The position numbers were made by a program, and so were the translations under genes. A stretch of 56,971 nt of DNA from Armatimonadota bacterium (GTDB lineage Bacteria > Armatimonadota > UBA5829 > DTLH01): the NCBI GenBank assembly GCA_038207085.1, contig JBBRAE010000019.1:1-56971 (forward strand), in the 5' to 3' direction. How positions within the stretch are numbered: the stretch's first letter is position 1; each line of letters begins with the position of its first letter. The notes beneath the pieces are model-generated. The model saw nothing but the letters and a program-made list of their open reading frames with translations, was not told the origin of the DNA and did no database searches. Shown here in pieces: positions 28,012-37,224 of the stretch.

Positions 28012-28734
28012 ATGAACACCACTTTGATTCTTTCAAGAGGCACGGACATCGGTGGCCAGAAGGCTGCTTTCGAGAGCAGTCTTGCGAAATCGTGCGCGGC
28101 GCACGGGCTGGACGTGTTGATAATCCCTCATCTCTACCATATCCAGGACGACTCCGGCGTGTGGAAGACGCTCGCCGGCATCACGGGAAAGCTGGCTGTC
28201 GCTGCTTGGATCTATCCACGGGCGACGCAGGCGCTGCTCAGTCGTCGTGGAGTGGGCTGCGACGCGATAACAGCGTTCCACCTCGACGGGTTCGAGACAG
28301 CCGAGGAGTGCCTGCTGACGATCCTCAACGACCTGCAAATAACCGAAGCCATCACTACTGAAGGCGAAACCAGAGAGATCGACGAGCCGATCGCCGAAAG
28401 ATGGTACCCTGTCATCGATTATCTTCGATGTACAACCTGCGGCAACTGCCTCCAGTTCTGCATATTTGACGTTTACAACTACGCTTCGACGGGAGAAGTC
28501 TACGCGGCGAACCCTGACAACTGCAAAACAGGTTGCCCCGCCTGCAGCAGGATATGCCCCCAAGGCGCAATCATGTTCCCACTTTACCTGAAGGACAAGG
28601 CCATAGCCGGTGCGCATGGCGAACGCATCCAACCAGCCGCACCCAAACCAGAGCCTCAGCCCAACAAGGATACGCTCGATGATATCGACCTCTTGATCAA
28701 CGACTTGGAGAACATCACCCGGAGAAAACCGTAG
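28012..28734 (+). CDS. Ferredoxin-domain protein (2x[4Fe-4S]) with an N-terminal accessory domain
   Basis: WYPVIDYLRCTTCGNCLQFC...NCKTGCPACSRICP. Confidence 0.82.
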   Translation: MNTTLILSRGTDIGGQKAAFESSLAKSCAAHGLDVLIIPHLYHIQDDSGVWKTLAGITGKLAVAAWIYPRATQALLSRRGVGCDAITAFHLDGFETAEECLLTILNDLQITEAITTEGETREIDEPIAERWYPVIDYLRCTTCGNCLQFCIFDVYNYASTGEVYAANPDNCKTGCPACSRICPQGAIMFPLYLKDKAIAGAHGERIQPAAPKPEPQPNKDTLDDIDLLINDLENITRRKP

Positions 28735-28735
28735 A

Positions 28736-30247
28736 GTGAAGACCTCAGGCTATCCAATAGTGATGACGGCGGACCGGACGCTCATGGCGGACTACAAGCT
28801 GCTCTTTGACGGCATGTTGGCGGCCAGCCAGACGACCGCCACTCCTCCGGCCCTCATTTCGAGGCTTCTCATGCCGTGGGTAAGAAACGCTGATTTCCGG
28901 GCCCGCGTCGCCCCCCTCGGGCTGCGCAGAATCGAGGCCGCACTCCTCAGGTCGGGCTTCAGCCGTGACGAAGTAGTCATCGTAGACGAAAACCACCTCG
29001 GGGATGCCATCGGTCCGGCCACCAAAGTCGTCGCAGTGGCATCCGGCGAGCCATCTGGAAAAGGGATGAACAGCTCCACGATGACGGAAATCGCGGGAGG
29101 CAGCATCTACCCGGAAGCGATGTTCAGAAGGCTGCTTAAAAAGATTAAACACCACATCGCAGCCTCGGCTCCATCTGCGAAGCTCGTGCTCGGCGGGCCG
29201 GGAGCCTGGCAGCTTGCCGACAATCCCGAACGGATGCACAGCCTCGGCTTCGATCACGTTGTGACGGGTTATGCTGAAGGCAATGCTGCTGAAATCTTTC
29301 GGGCGCTCTTGGACGAACAACATCTTCCCAAAGTGATACCGGGAGAACCGACTTCGGCTGAAGGCGTCCCGTCTATTCAGGGCTCAAGCACGATGGGCGT
29401 CGTCGAGATCAGCCGCGGATGCGGCCTTGGATGCTCATTCTGCACAATTGCCCCGGTTCCGATGATACACATCCCTGAATCCACTGTAATAGCAGACGCG
29501 CGAAAGAATGTCGAGTCTGGGATGTCGAGCATAGCGGTTCTGAGCGAGGATTTCTTCCGGTATGGCGCGAAAGGGATGACCGCCGACCCCGAGGTCGTGA
29601 TATCGCTTCTCACCTGTCTGCGCCGCATAGATGGGCTTCGTCTCATCCAAACCGACCACGCCAACATCTCAAGCATCGCCCAGTATTCGGACGAACAGCT
29701 CAAGACCGTTCGGGACCTGCTGGTTGGAGACACCCGAGCCCGGTACCCGTGGGTGAACGTGGGAATCGAGACCGCTTCAGGAGAACTGCTCGCGGCGAAC
29801 GGCGGCGTGCCCAAGATGCGGGGGTGCAGCCCTGATAGGTGGTCAGATCACACTCTTATGCACCTGCGCAGACTCTGCGAGGCCGGGTTTCTGCCAATGG
29901 CGAGCCTGGTCGTCGGACTCCCCGGTGAACGCGAAGGAGACATCCTGCGGACCCTCGATTGGGTGGAGTCTCTGCAGCGAGAGCGCATCACAATTTTCCC
30001 GGTCCTCTACGCGCCGATCGATGGCACGCCCGGCATACGTGCCCGGGATCTGAGTCCGTTGCACTGGCGACTGATCAAGACCTGTTACAAGCTCAATTTC
30101 AGATGGATTCCCCGCATGTACTGGGACAATCAGACGGCTGCGGGGGTCTGCCCGGGCAGACGGGTCATTTTGCAGACTATGGGCCTCGGACAGGTCGTGC
30201 AGTGGAACGCGCTCTTCGCGTGGCACAGCTGGAGGAGTCGACGATGA
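28736..30247 (+). CDS. B12-binding-type radical SAM protein
   Basis: EISRGCGLGCSFC (CxxxCxxC); N-terminal APLGLRRIEAAL...LGGPGAWQL; VGIETAS; VGLPGE. Confidence 0.85.
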   Translation: MKTSGYPIVMTADRTLMADYKLLFDGMLAASQTTATPPALISRLLMPWVRNADFRARVAPLGLRRIEAALLRSGFSRDEVVIVDENHLGDAIGPATKVVAVASGEPSGKGMNSSTMTEIAGGSIYPEAMFRRLLKKIKHHIAASAPSAKLVLGGPGAWQLADNPERMHSLGFDHVVTGYAEGNAAEIFRALLDEQHLPKVIPGEPTSAEGVPSIQGSSTMGVVEISRGCGLGCSFCTIAPVPMIHIPESTVIADARKNVESGMSSIAVLSEDFFRYGAKGMTADPEVVISLLTCLRRIDGLRLIQTDHANISSIAQYSDEQLKTVRDLLVGDTRARYPWVNVGIETASGELLAANGGVPKMRGCSPDRWSDHTLMHLRRLCEAGFLPMASLVVGLPGEREGDILRTLDWVESLQRERITIFPVLYAPIDGTPGIRARDLSPLHWRLIKTCYKLNFRWIPRMYWDNQTAAGVCPGRRVILQTMGLGQVVQWNALFAWHSWRSRR

Positions 30248-31965
30248 ACCTCCATGCGGCGTTCAGCACAGCCAAGGACCGGCTTCTCCGTGAGATGAAC
30301 CCCGATGGCTTCTGGGAGGGAGAGCTGTCGTCCTCAGCGTTGTCGACGGCAACCTCCGTTAGCGCCCTTGCCGTATCGGGGCTCCCTGCAGATCGACCGA
30401 TGATCGAGGCGGGAATCTCGTGGCTCACGCGACATCAGAACGCCGATGGAGGCTGGGGAGACACGACCGACAGCCCGAGCAACCTGGCGACAACTCTTCT
30501 CACCGCTGCGGCATTCACACTCGCCCACACGGAACAAGAACACGCCCACACAATGGAGAATACGCGGCATTACATCTCGATATACGCTGGCGACACGCCG
30601 GACGAGCTACTTGCGGCGATCAAACGCATTTATGGAGCCGATAGGACGTTCGCCGTGCCAATCCTCACCAATTGCGCTCTTGCTGGGATGATCTCTTGGG
30701 AGCAGATTCCCAGCCTGCCTTTCGAGCTTGCCGTGTTTCCCCGAGATTGGTACAAGGCGCTGCGCCTGCACGTGGTAAGCTACGCGCTGCCGGCTCTAAT
30801 CGCCATCGGACTCGCAATCGAGCACTACTCCCCCACCCGCTCGCTCTTACGCAGAATTCTGCGACGAGCGGCGACCGGGCGGGTGCTCAAGAAGTTGGAG
30901 GCCATTCAGCCTGAGCACGGGGGCTTCCTTGAGGCGGCTCCACTGACAAGTTTTGTGGCGATGAGCCTCGGCAGCCTGTACGGATCTAAACATCCAGTCG
31001 TCGGCAGATGCCTGGGGTTCCTCAGACAGTCCCAGCGGCCCGATGGCAGCTGGCCCATAGATACGAACCTTTCGGTGTGGCTGACGACGAGCTCGGTATG
31101 TGCGCTTGCTTCCGTGGGCGAAATCGGCTCAATCAACTCAGAGAAGACTCTGCGATGGATTACGACGCAACAGTATCAGACGGCGCATCCTTTCACCGGC
31201 GCCGCACCGCTCGGCTGGGGATGGACACATCTCCCCGGAGGAGTTCCTGATGCCGATGATACATCTGGAGCAGTCCTCGCGTGTGTAACACTCGGAGAAT
31301 TGGGCGCAGCCCGGAGCGGGGTAACGTGGCTCCTCGGTCTGCAGAACGCGGATGGAGGATGGCCAACATTCTGCCGAGGCTGGGGCCATCTGGCGTTCGA
31401 CAGAAGCTCACCCGACATCACCGCCCACGCGATACGGGCCATCAGCATCTGCGATATAGATAGCAGCGAGCGAAGCTATCTACGGGCAGTCAAGCGTGGA
31501 TATGACTACCTCTCGCGGACCCAGCGTCCCGATGGCTCGTGGGCGCCTCTCTGGTTCGGAAACCAAGCAACGCCGGACAAGTGCAACTCGGTGCTTGGAA
31601 CTTCCCGGGTTCTGCTTGCATATTCGGACACTCCAACCTGTAGCACAGAAGCTGCAAAAGGTGTACAATACTTGCTGAACGTGCAAAACTCGGACGACGG
31701 TTGGGGCGGCGGCAAAGGAGTTGCCTCATCTGTGGAAGAGACAGCCTGTGCCGTATCCGCGCTACTTCGGTTTCCGGGTTTGGTTGAATCCAGGAAAGCA
31801 GCGCTTCGAGGAGCAGAATATCTCGCTACACGTGTCGAGGACGGAACGTGGACAGAGCCTGCCCCGGTCGGTCTTTACTTTTCCAGTCTCTGGTACTCTG
31901 AGAGGTTGTATCCCCTCATCTGGACGGTGGAAGCCCTTGGTCTAGCCATCGGCGGGGCGAAATAA
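30244..31965 (+). CDS. Squalene-hopene cyclase-like class II terpene cyclase (573 aa)
   Basis: DGFWEGEL; several QW repeats (QNADGGWG, QRPDGSWP, QNADGGWP, QRPDGSWA, QNSDDGWG); catalytic-type PDADDT (DxDD). ATG at 30244 overlaps the radical SAM stop (ATGA). Confidence 0.88.
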   Translation: MNLHAAFSTAKDRLLREMNPDGFWEGELSSSALSTATSVSALAVSGLPADRPMIEAGISWLTRHQNADGGWGDTTDSPSNLATTLLTAAAFTLAHTEQEHAHTMENTRHYISIYAGDTPDELLAAIKRIYGADRTFAVPILTNCALAGMISWEQIPSLPFELAVFPRDWYKALRLHVVSYALPALIAIGLAIEHYSPTRSLLRRILRRAATGRVLKKLEAIQPEHGGFLEAAPLTSFVAMSLGSLYGSKHPVVGRCLGFLRQSQRPDGSWPIDTNLSVWLTTSSVCALASVGEIGSINSEKTLRWITTQQYQTAHPFTGAAPLGWGWTHLPGGVPDADDTSGAVLACVTLGELGAARSGVTWLLGLQNADGGWPTFCRGWGHLAFDRSSPDITAHAIRAISICDIDSSERSYLRAVKRGYDYLSRTQRPDGSWAPLWFGNQATPDKCNSVLGTSRVLLAYSDTPTCSTEAAKGVQYLLNVQNSDDGWGGGKGVASSVEETACAVSALLRFPGLVESRKAALRGAEYLATRVEDGTWTEPAPVGLYFSSLWYSERLYPLIWTVEALGLAIGGAK

Positions 31966-33686
31966 TGTCAGCAGCAAGAAAACCATCGATGACGAATATC
32001 AGAGTGGTCCCACAAGAGAAGGCAACGCGCGATGCGATACGCGAATTGGCCACGAAGTTTGCCGCCTGCTGGGGTTCCAACGACCAGCCAACTCGCGCGG
32101 AATTGGAGTCAGCGGGCTGCGACATTCTAAAAGAACTCCTCCTCCCCCATGAGTTCCTTGGCTATGCCATGGTGTGCTTCAGCAACGTGTTCTGGCAACC
32201 GGCGTTTGAGTCGGTCCCGTTCAACCGCAGGCTTCTCCTCCTCCCAAGATGTCTCAGCAACAGCAAAGAATGTACGGCCGTGATCGATGCCGAAGAGCTC
32301 CACTGCGCAAACTGTGGGGCGTGCGACATCAGTGGCCTCAAATCGAAAGCCGAGGGTCTTGGATATGAAGTGGTCACATCCGAAGGCACTACGTCAGTCA
32401 TCACGAAAATCCTGCAGGGAGATGCGGACGCCATACTCGGTGTCGCCTGCCTGGAGTCGCTGGAACGATCATACTCGCGGGTCGTCGATCTCGGTGTTCC
32501 GCACGTCGCAGTTCCCCTGCTCCACGACGGCTGCGTCGACACCACGACAGAGCTCGACCAGCTGTTAGCGGTGTTGGGCACGGCATCGGAGCACCTGGTT
32601 CCAGCCCGCAGAACGTACCTGCCGCTTCTTCGCCAAACCGCGCATATTTTTGATAGCAAGTCGCTCATAGACCTCCTCCCGGAAGATATCGGTGGGCTTC
32701 TGCTCGACGATAGCACCCCGAACCCTACTACTGCGACGGAGATCATCGCGCTGGAGTGGCTCCGAAACCGGGGCAAACGGCTTCGTCCATTTCTTACGAC
32801 GTCATCTTACGCCGTCGCTCGTTACGGTTTTGAGGCGCTTTCAGCGGATGCCGATTCTTCGGCCCTTATACCTGCATCTGTCAGGCGGCTAGCCCTTGCA
32901 ATCGAGGCACTCCACAAGGCCTCCCTCATTCACGACGACATCGAGGACGATGACGAGTATCGCTATGGACGCAAGACCCTACACAGGCAGTACGGCATCG
33001 CTGCGGCCATAAACATTGGAGACTACCTGGTCGGCCTCGGTTACAACCTCATTGCAGGGGGAACAGAGGATCTCGGGGCGGGCTGTGTACCAGATGTTCT
33101 GAAGCGACTCTCGGCGGCGCACCTGGAGCTATGCCGTGGGCAGGGCGCGGAACTCTTCTGGAAAGACAACCAGGACGTTCCGCTGCGTCCGATCGATGCA
33201 CTCTCGATTTATGCCTGGAAGACCGCTCCAGCGCTGGAGGTCGCGCTCTATGCCGGTCTGCGCGCTGCACAGGCCGATGTGGACGAGGCTCTCCTTCATC
33301 AGTTCTGTGTGTACCTCGGCGAAGGGTATCAGGTGATGAACGATCTCGATGACTGGCAACCCTATGCAGCGGGACGAGTGCGCGCAGGCGGTGACGCCAT
33401 CGCCAATCGGCCCACTATCCTGCATGCCTTCGCCCTGGATGCTGGAGGAGAGGCTGCCAGAAACGCGATCAATAGTATCAAGCTGACCGGCGCTGATGTC
33501 GACGAAGAAGTCAACCGGCTCAGGCAGCTCTATACAGAACTTGCTGTGTTCGACCAGGCCCAGCGGCTCGTCGAACGGTTGAGAGGACGAGCCGAGTCTC
33601 TGATCGACAGCTTCAATCCACGACCTTTGGGCGATTTGATGAGATTCCTGGTAACTCTTATACTCCCCAACGAATACAACACGTGA
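31965..33686 (+). CDS. DUF116 domain fused to a trans-polyprenyl diphosphate synthase
   Basis: N-terminal LLPRCL..C..CANCGAC..GVAC (DUF116-like); GKRLRP, ASLIHDDIEDD..RYG (FARM), GQG, KT and YQVMNDLDD (SARM variant). Confidence 0.88.
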   Translation: MSAARKPSMTNIRVVPQEKATRDAIRELATKFAACWGSNDQPTRAELESAGCDILKELLLPHEFLGYAMVCFSNVFWQPAFESVPFNRRLLLLPRCLSNSKECTAVIDAEELHCANCGACDISGLKSKAEGLGYEVVTSEGTTSVITKILQGDADAILGVACLESLERSYSRVVDLGVPHVAVPLLHDGCVDTTTELDQLLAVLGTASEHLVPARRTYLPLLRQTAHIFDSKSLIDLLPEDIGGLLLDDSTPNPTTATEIIALEWLRNRGKRLRPFLTTSSYAVARYGFEALSADADSSALIPASVRRLALAIEALHKASLIHDDIEDDDEYRYGRKTLHRQYGIAAAINIGDYLVGLGYNLIAGGTEDLGAGCVPDVLKRLSAAHLELCRGQGAELFWKDNQDVPLRPIDALSIYAWKTAPALEVALYAGLRAAQADVDEALLHQFCVYLGEGYQVMNDLDDWQPYAAGRVRAGGDAIANRPTILHAFALDAGGEAARNAINSIKLTGADVDEEVNRLRQLYTELAVFDQAQRLVERLRGRAESLIDSFNPRPLGDLMRFLVTLILPNEYNT

Positions 33687-34642
33687 CGACGCGAATCGGC
33701 TATCTCGACGCGCTGGATAGGCTGCTCATTCTGGGGCTCGGCAGCCTCAGCCGCGCGTTCATCGACAAACAATGCGCATTTGCCGGAGCAAGGCAGCTGC
33801 CAAACGGCGGATTCCAGGGTAGACAGGGAGCCGCCGACCTTTACTACGCCGACTTCGGAGTCCGCCTGAGCTCACTGCTCTCTCCCAACCCCTCGGCGCT
33901 CACGTCAGCCGCTCGATGGGCAAGTCAACAGCAGTCTGAGCCCCGGGATGTTGTAACAGCCTTCAACTTGCTCAATATCGACCGAATGCTGCGGCTCCAC
34001 AACTTGGAGTCATCAGTTGACAGGCGGCGGATCGGCTCCGTCATACAGGCACAGCAGCTCACCGGTGGAGGGTTTTCGCGATCCGGGGGAGCGGAGGTCA
34101 GCGCCTATAACACATTTTTGGCCGCGCTGTGTTTTGAGATGATGGAAACGGAGCACCCCGACCCCAATGGCGCAATTCGCGCAGTGCGTGGCCTGAAACG
34201 GCGGGACGGATGTTACGGCGAGAGCACGGGATGGTCCGAGGGCCAGACGAACGCCACCGCGGCTGCAGTGGCGTTCCTGACAATGTATAATGCGCTTCCT
34301 GCCGAAGACTCGGAATCGGCTGCGAGGTTCCTCGCCACGATGCAGTCACCTGAAGGCGGGATTCCTGCCCAGCTGTCTGCCCCAGAGGATGATCTGCTGT
34401 CCACGTTTACAGCAGTCTTGACCCTGTTCGGTCTGAATCAACTCGAACGCCTCAATCTTCCGTCTATCGCGCGATTCGTTGGCAGTCTGGCGTGTGTTGA
34501 GGGCGGGTTCCGTGCATGCCTCTCAGACGACGAGCCCGACATCGAATACACTTACTACGGCATCGGCACAATGGCTCTCCTGCGCACTTTTGTATTGGCG
34601 AGAGAGCAGAATGACACTCTTTCACCCGGACTATTTGAGTGA
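33683..34642 (+). CDS. Prenyltransferase/squalene oxidase repeat protein (geranylgeranyltransferase beta-like barrel)
   Basis: Repeats QLPNGGFQGR..ADLYY, GGGFSR..SAYNTF, QTNATAA, DDLLSTF and GGFRA..DIEYTYYG. GTGA overlap with the upstream gene. Confidence 0.8.
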   Translation: MTTRIGYLDALDRLLILGLGSLSRAFIDKQCAFAGARQLPNGGFQGRQGAADLYYADFGVRLSSLLSPNPSALTSAARWASQQQSEPRDVVTAFNLLNIDRMLRLHNLESSVDRRRIGSVIQAQQLTGGGFSRSGGAEVSAYNTFLAALCFEMMETEHPDPNGAIRAVRGLKRRDGCYGESTGWSEGQTNATAAAVAFLTMYNALPAEDSESAARFLATMQSPEGGIPAQLSAPEDDLLSTFTAVLTLFGLNQLERLNLPSIARFVGSLACVEGGFRACLSDDEPDIEYTYYGIGTMALLRTFVLAREQNDTLSPGLFE

Positions 34643-35836
34643 AAAGCAGGCCAGTGTGCTCTTGTTTCGCACGATCAGCTTGCCGTCCGAGATAATCGGC
34701 GCGGTCCAACTCTGACCACCGAGCGGGGCAAACCTGCCCATCTCCTGGTAGGAGTCCGAGGCGGGCTTTACCATAACCAGATCCCCACTCTTGCCATCCA
34801 AAGCCATCAGGACGCCATCAGCTGATACCAAACCGCCGAACTCGAACCCCGGCTGCTTCCACATAACCTTGCCGGTAATGGGATCCATACAATTCAACTC
34901 TCCAGGCTCGCCTACGCCATAGACTAATCCGCCGAGGAGGATAGGCGAACTGAAACGACAGGGCATATCCTTGCTTTCCCATTTCACCTTGGGTCCTGCG
35001 GGGAGTATCTCCACGAGTCCACTGCCGTGCCCATAACCACTGGTCAGAAACACGCTCTCTCCCAGCACTATAGCCGCGGCTCCATTGATGTCGTAGCTGG
35101 TCTTCCACGGCTGTCTCCACAAGACGGCGCCCGTTTTCGAATCGACACCGATCATGCTGACTCCAGTAAAGACTACATACTGCCGCTTCCCGTTGATCGT
35201 TGCGATAATCGGCGTAGCATAAGCAGATATGTCGCTCCCACCACCCTGCCAGATGGTGCTGCCGTTGACCTTGTTTAGAGCCACCATCCCAGCATCGGGC
35301 CCACCGGGGGAGACTATCACCTGGTTGCCATCAACTACCGGCGACATCGCATAGAGCCATCCAGGTTTCTTCCCCTTGAAGTCTGCAAAGGTATCCCTCG
35401 ACCATACTTTTTTGCCGGTCTTCGCATCCAGACAAGTCAATAGTCCCATACGGCCGAAAACATACACCTTGCCGGCATCGATCGCCGGGGTCGCTCTCGA
35501 AAAGCCATAGTTCGGCCCCTGAGTGTCCGGATAGCTGTAATGCCAGACATCCTTGCCCGTTGTGATATCGACCGCTCTTACGACGTCCGACTCCTTGCCT
35601 TTGTGGTCTATAATGAAGACTTTTCCACCTGCTACGGAGGGTCCGGCATAGCCATCATCGCCCATTGGCGTCTGCCAGAGCATCTTGGGCGGCTTCTGGC
35701 CCCAGTTTTTGTTTATGCCCTTATCAGGTGATATGCCGTTGGCGCTCGGGCCTCTGAACTGTGGCCAGTCCGAAGCGCACGCCGCAATCGACAGCCAAAC
35801 TCCGATAAGAATAACAAACGATGTTACAGTTCGCAT
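34631..35836 (-). CDS. PQQ-type beta-propeller protein with signal peptide
   Basis: SDWPQFRGP, DGYAGPSV, SRATP and SWTAPIISDGKLIVRN; tandem paralogue of 35973..37172. Confidence 0.88.
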   Translation of the reverse strand: MRTVTSFVILIGVWLSIAACASDWPQFRGPSANGISPDKGINKNWGQKPPKMLWQTPMGDDGYAGPSVAGGKVFIIDHKGKESDVVRAVDITTGKDVWHYSYPDTQGPNYGFSRATPAIDAGKVYVFGRMGLLTCLDAKTGKKVWSRDTFADFKGKKPGWLYAMSPVVDGNQVIVSPGGPDAGMVALNKVNGSTIWQGGGSDISAYATPIIATINGKRQYVVFTGVSMIGVDSKTGAVLWRQPWKTSYDINGAAAIVLGESVFLTSGYGHGSGLVEILPAGPKVKWESKDMPCRFSSPILLGGLVYGVGEPGELNCMDPITGKVMWKQPGFEFGGLVSADGVLMALDGKSGDLVMVKPASDSYQEMGRFAPLGGQSWTAPIISDGKLIVRNKSTLACFSLK

Positions 35837-35972
35837 TATCTAAATCCTCCAAAAGCACGCTAACTTGAATATTGTGTTTTGTCCATCGGTATATGCCGCG
35901 TGCGATGCTTCGTAGCAGAAGTTGCCAATGCACAAGAATCAAGTTAATCCGAAACCAGAGCTACTGCTTTAG

Positions 35973-37172
35973 CTACTTCAAGTCGAAGCAGGCGAGCTCT
36001 GTATTGTTTCTTACAATGAGCTTTCCATTTGAGACAATTGGCGCATTCCAGCTCTGGCCGCCGAGAGGCTTGAACCTTCCGAGTTCCTTGTAGGCGTCAG
36101 GAACAGGGTCCACCATGACCAGGGTGCCGTTCCCGCCATCAAACATCAGCAGGACGCCATCAACCATGGACAAAGGCCCTTTTTCAAAGCCTGGTTGCCG
36201 CCACTTCAGTGTGCCAGTTTGGACGTCCACGCAGACCAGATCTCCGGGATCGGTGTCTTGATATATGTATCCGTTAACAAGTATGGGGGAACTGATGTGT
36301 GACCTGACATCGTTGTTGACCCATCTCATCTTTGGTCCTTCAGCCGCCATATCCACAAGGGCGCTGCCGCCATTTGTCGAGAGGAACACAGAGTTACCGG
36401 TCACGATCGGCTGCGGGATGGGAGCGCCGAACGGCTTCAACGGCTGGCTGTTCCACAACTCCACGCCGGTGTTCGGGTCTACTGCAACCAGCCCGGTCCC
36501 CATAAGCGCGACATACTGCTTCTGACCGTTTATGGTCGCGACTATCGGGGTGGAATATCCAGGTTCCCGAGTCCCGCCGCCCTGCCAGATCGTCCGCCCA
36601 CTGGTCTTGTCGAGAGCTACTATACTTGCATTGGGTCCACCAGGGAGGAGGATCAGCTTGTTGCCATCGAGCAGAGGGGACCACCCATAGTTGAAGCCCG
36701 GTTTCTTCCCCTTGAAGTCCGTCAATATATTGCGAGACCAAAGCTTTTTGCCCGTTTTCACGTCCAGACAGTTCAACAACCCCATCCGACCGAGCGCGTA
36801 CACCCTTGTCTTGTCGACGATGGGCGTCGCACGACAAAACCCCCAGTTCGCCTTTTCGGCGTCCGCGTAGCTATACTGCCAGACATCCTTGCCGGTCTTC
36901 ATATCGATCGCTCTTACGATGTCCTGATCGTCTTTGTGATCGATAATAAAGACCCTGCCGTTTGCAGCAGCCGGTCCGGCGTAGCCTTTATCGGCGACGG
37001 GAGTTTTCCAGAGCGCTTTTGGCGGGTTCTGGTTCCAGTTCCTGTTAATTTGCTTTTCGGGAGAGATACCATCGGCATTGGGGCCTCTGAACTGGGGCCA
37101 ATCAGACGCGAGAAGCACCGCTGGGAGCAGTAACACGAGTGTGAGGGCAGAAAAAATCATACGACGCGACAT
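35973..37172 (-). CDS. PQQ-type beta-propeller protein with signal peptide
   Basis: SDWPQFRGP, KGYAGPA, CRATP and SWNAPIVSNGKLIVRN; GGAGGAG RBS. Confidence 0.88.
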   Translation of the reverse strand: MSRRMIFSALTLVLLLPAVLLASDWPQFRGPNADGISPEKQINRNWNQNPPKALWKTPVADKGYAGPAAANGRVFIIDHKDDQDIVRAIDMKTGKDVWQYSYADAEKANWGFCRATPIVDKTRVYALGRMGLLNCLDVKTGKKLWSRNILTDFKGKKPGFNYGWSPLLDGNKLILLPGGPNASIVALDKTSGRTIWQGGGTREPGYSTPIVATINGQKQYVALMGTGLVAVDPNTGVELWNSQPLKPFGAPIPQPIVTGNSVFLSTNGGSALVDMAAEGPKMRWVNNDVRSHISSPILVNGYIYQDTDPGDLVCVDVQTGTLKWRQPGFEKGPLSMVDGVLLMFDGGNGTLVMVDPVPDAYKELGRFKPLGGQSWNAPIVSNGKLIVRNNTELACFDLK

Positions 37173-37224
37173 AGGGACAGACTCCTCCGTTATTTCGCTT
37201 AGAACGTATCCGAGAAATCCCGAT

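Noticed and set aside
29959..30243. 95-aa N-terminal extension of the cyclase in the ORF track
   Set aside because: It overlaps the radical SAM gene. ATG 30244 gives an ATGA coupling, and homology starts there.
30244..31965. Assigning the symbol shc/hpnF and a standard hopanoid cluster
   Set aside because: The protein is short and divergent and no other hpn genes are present in the window, so the substrate is unproven.
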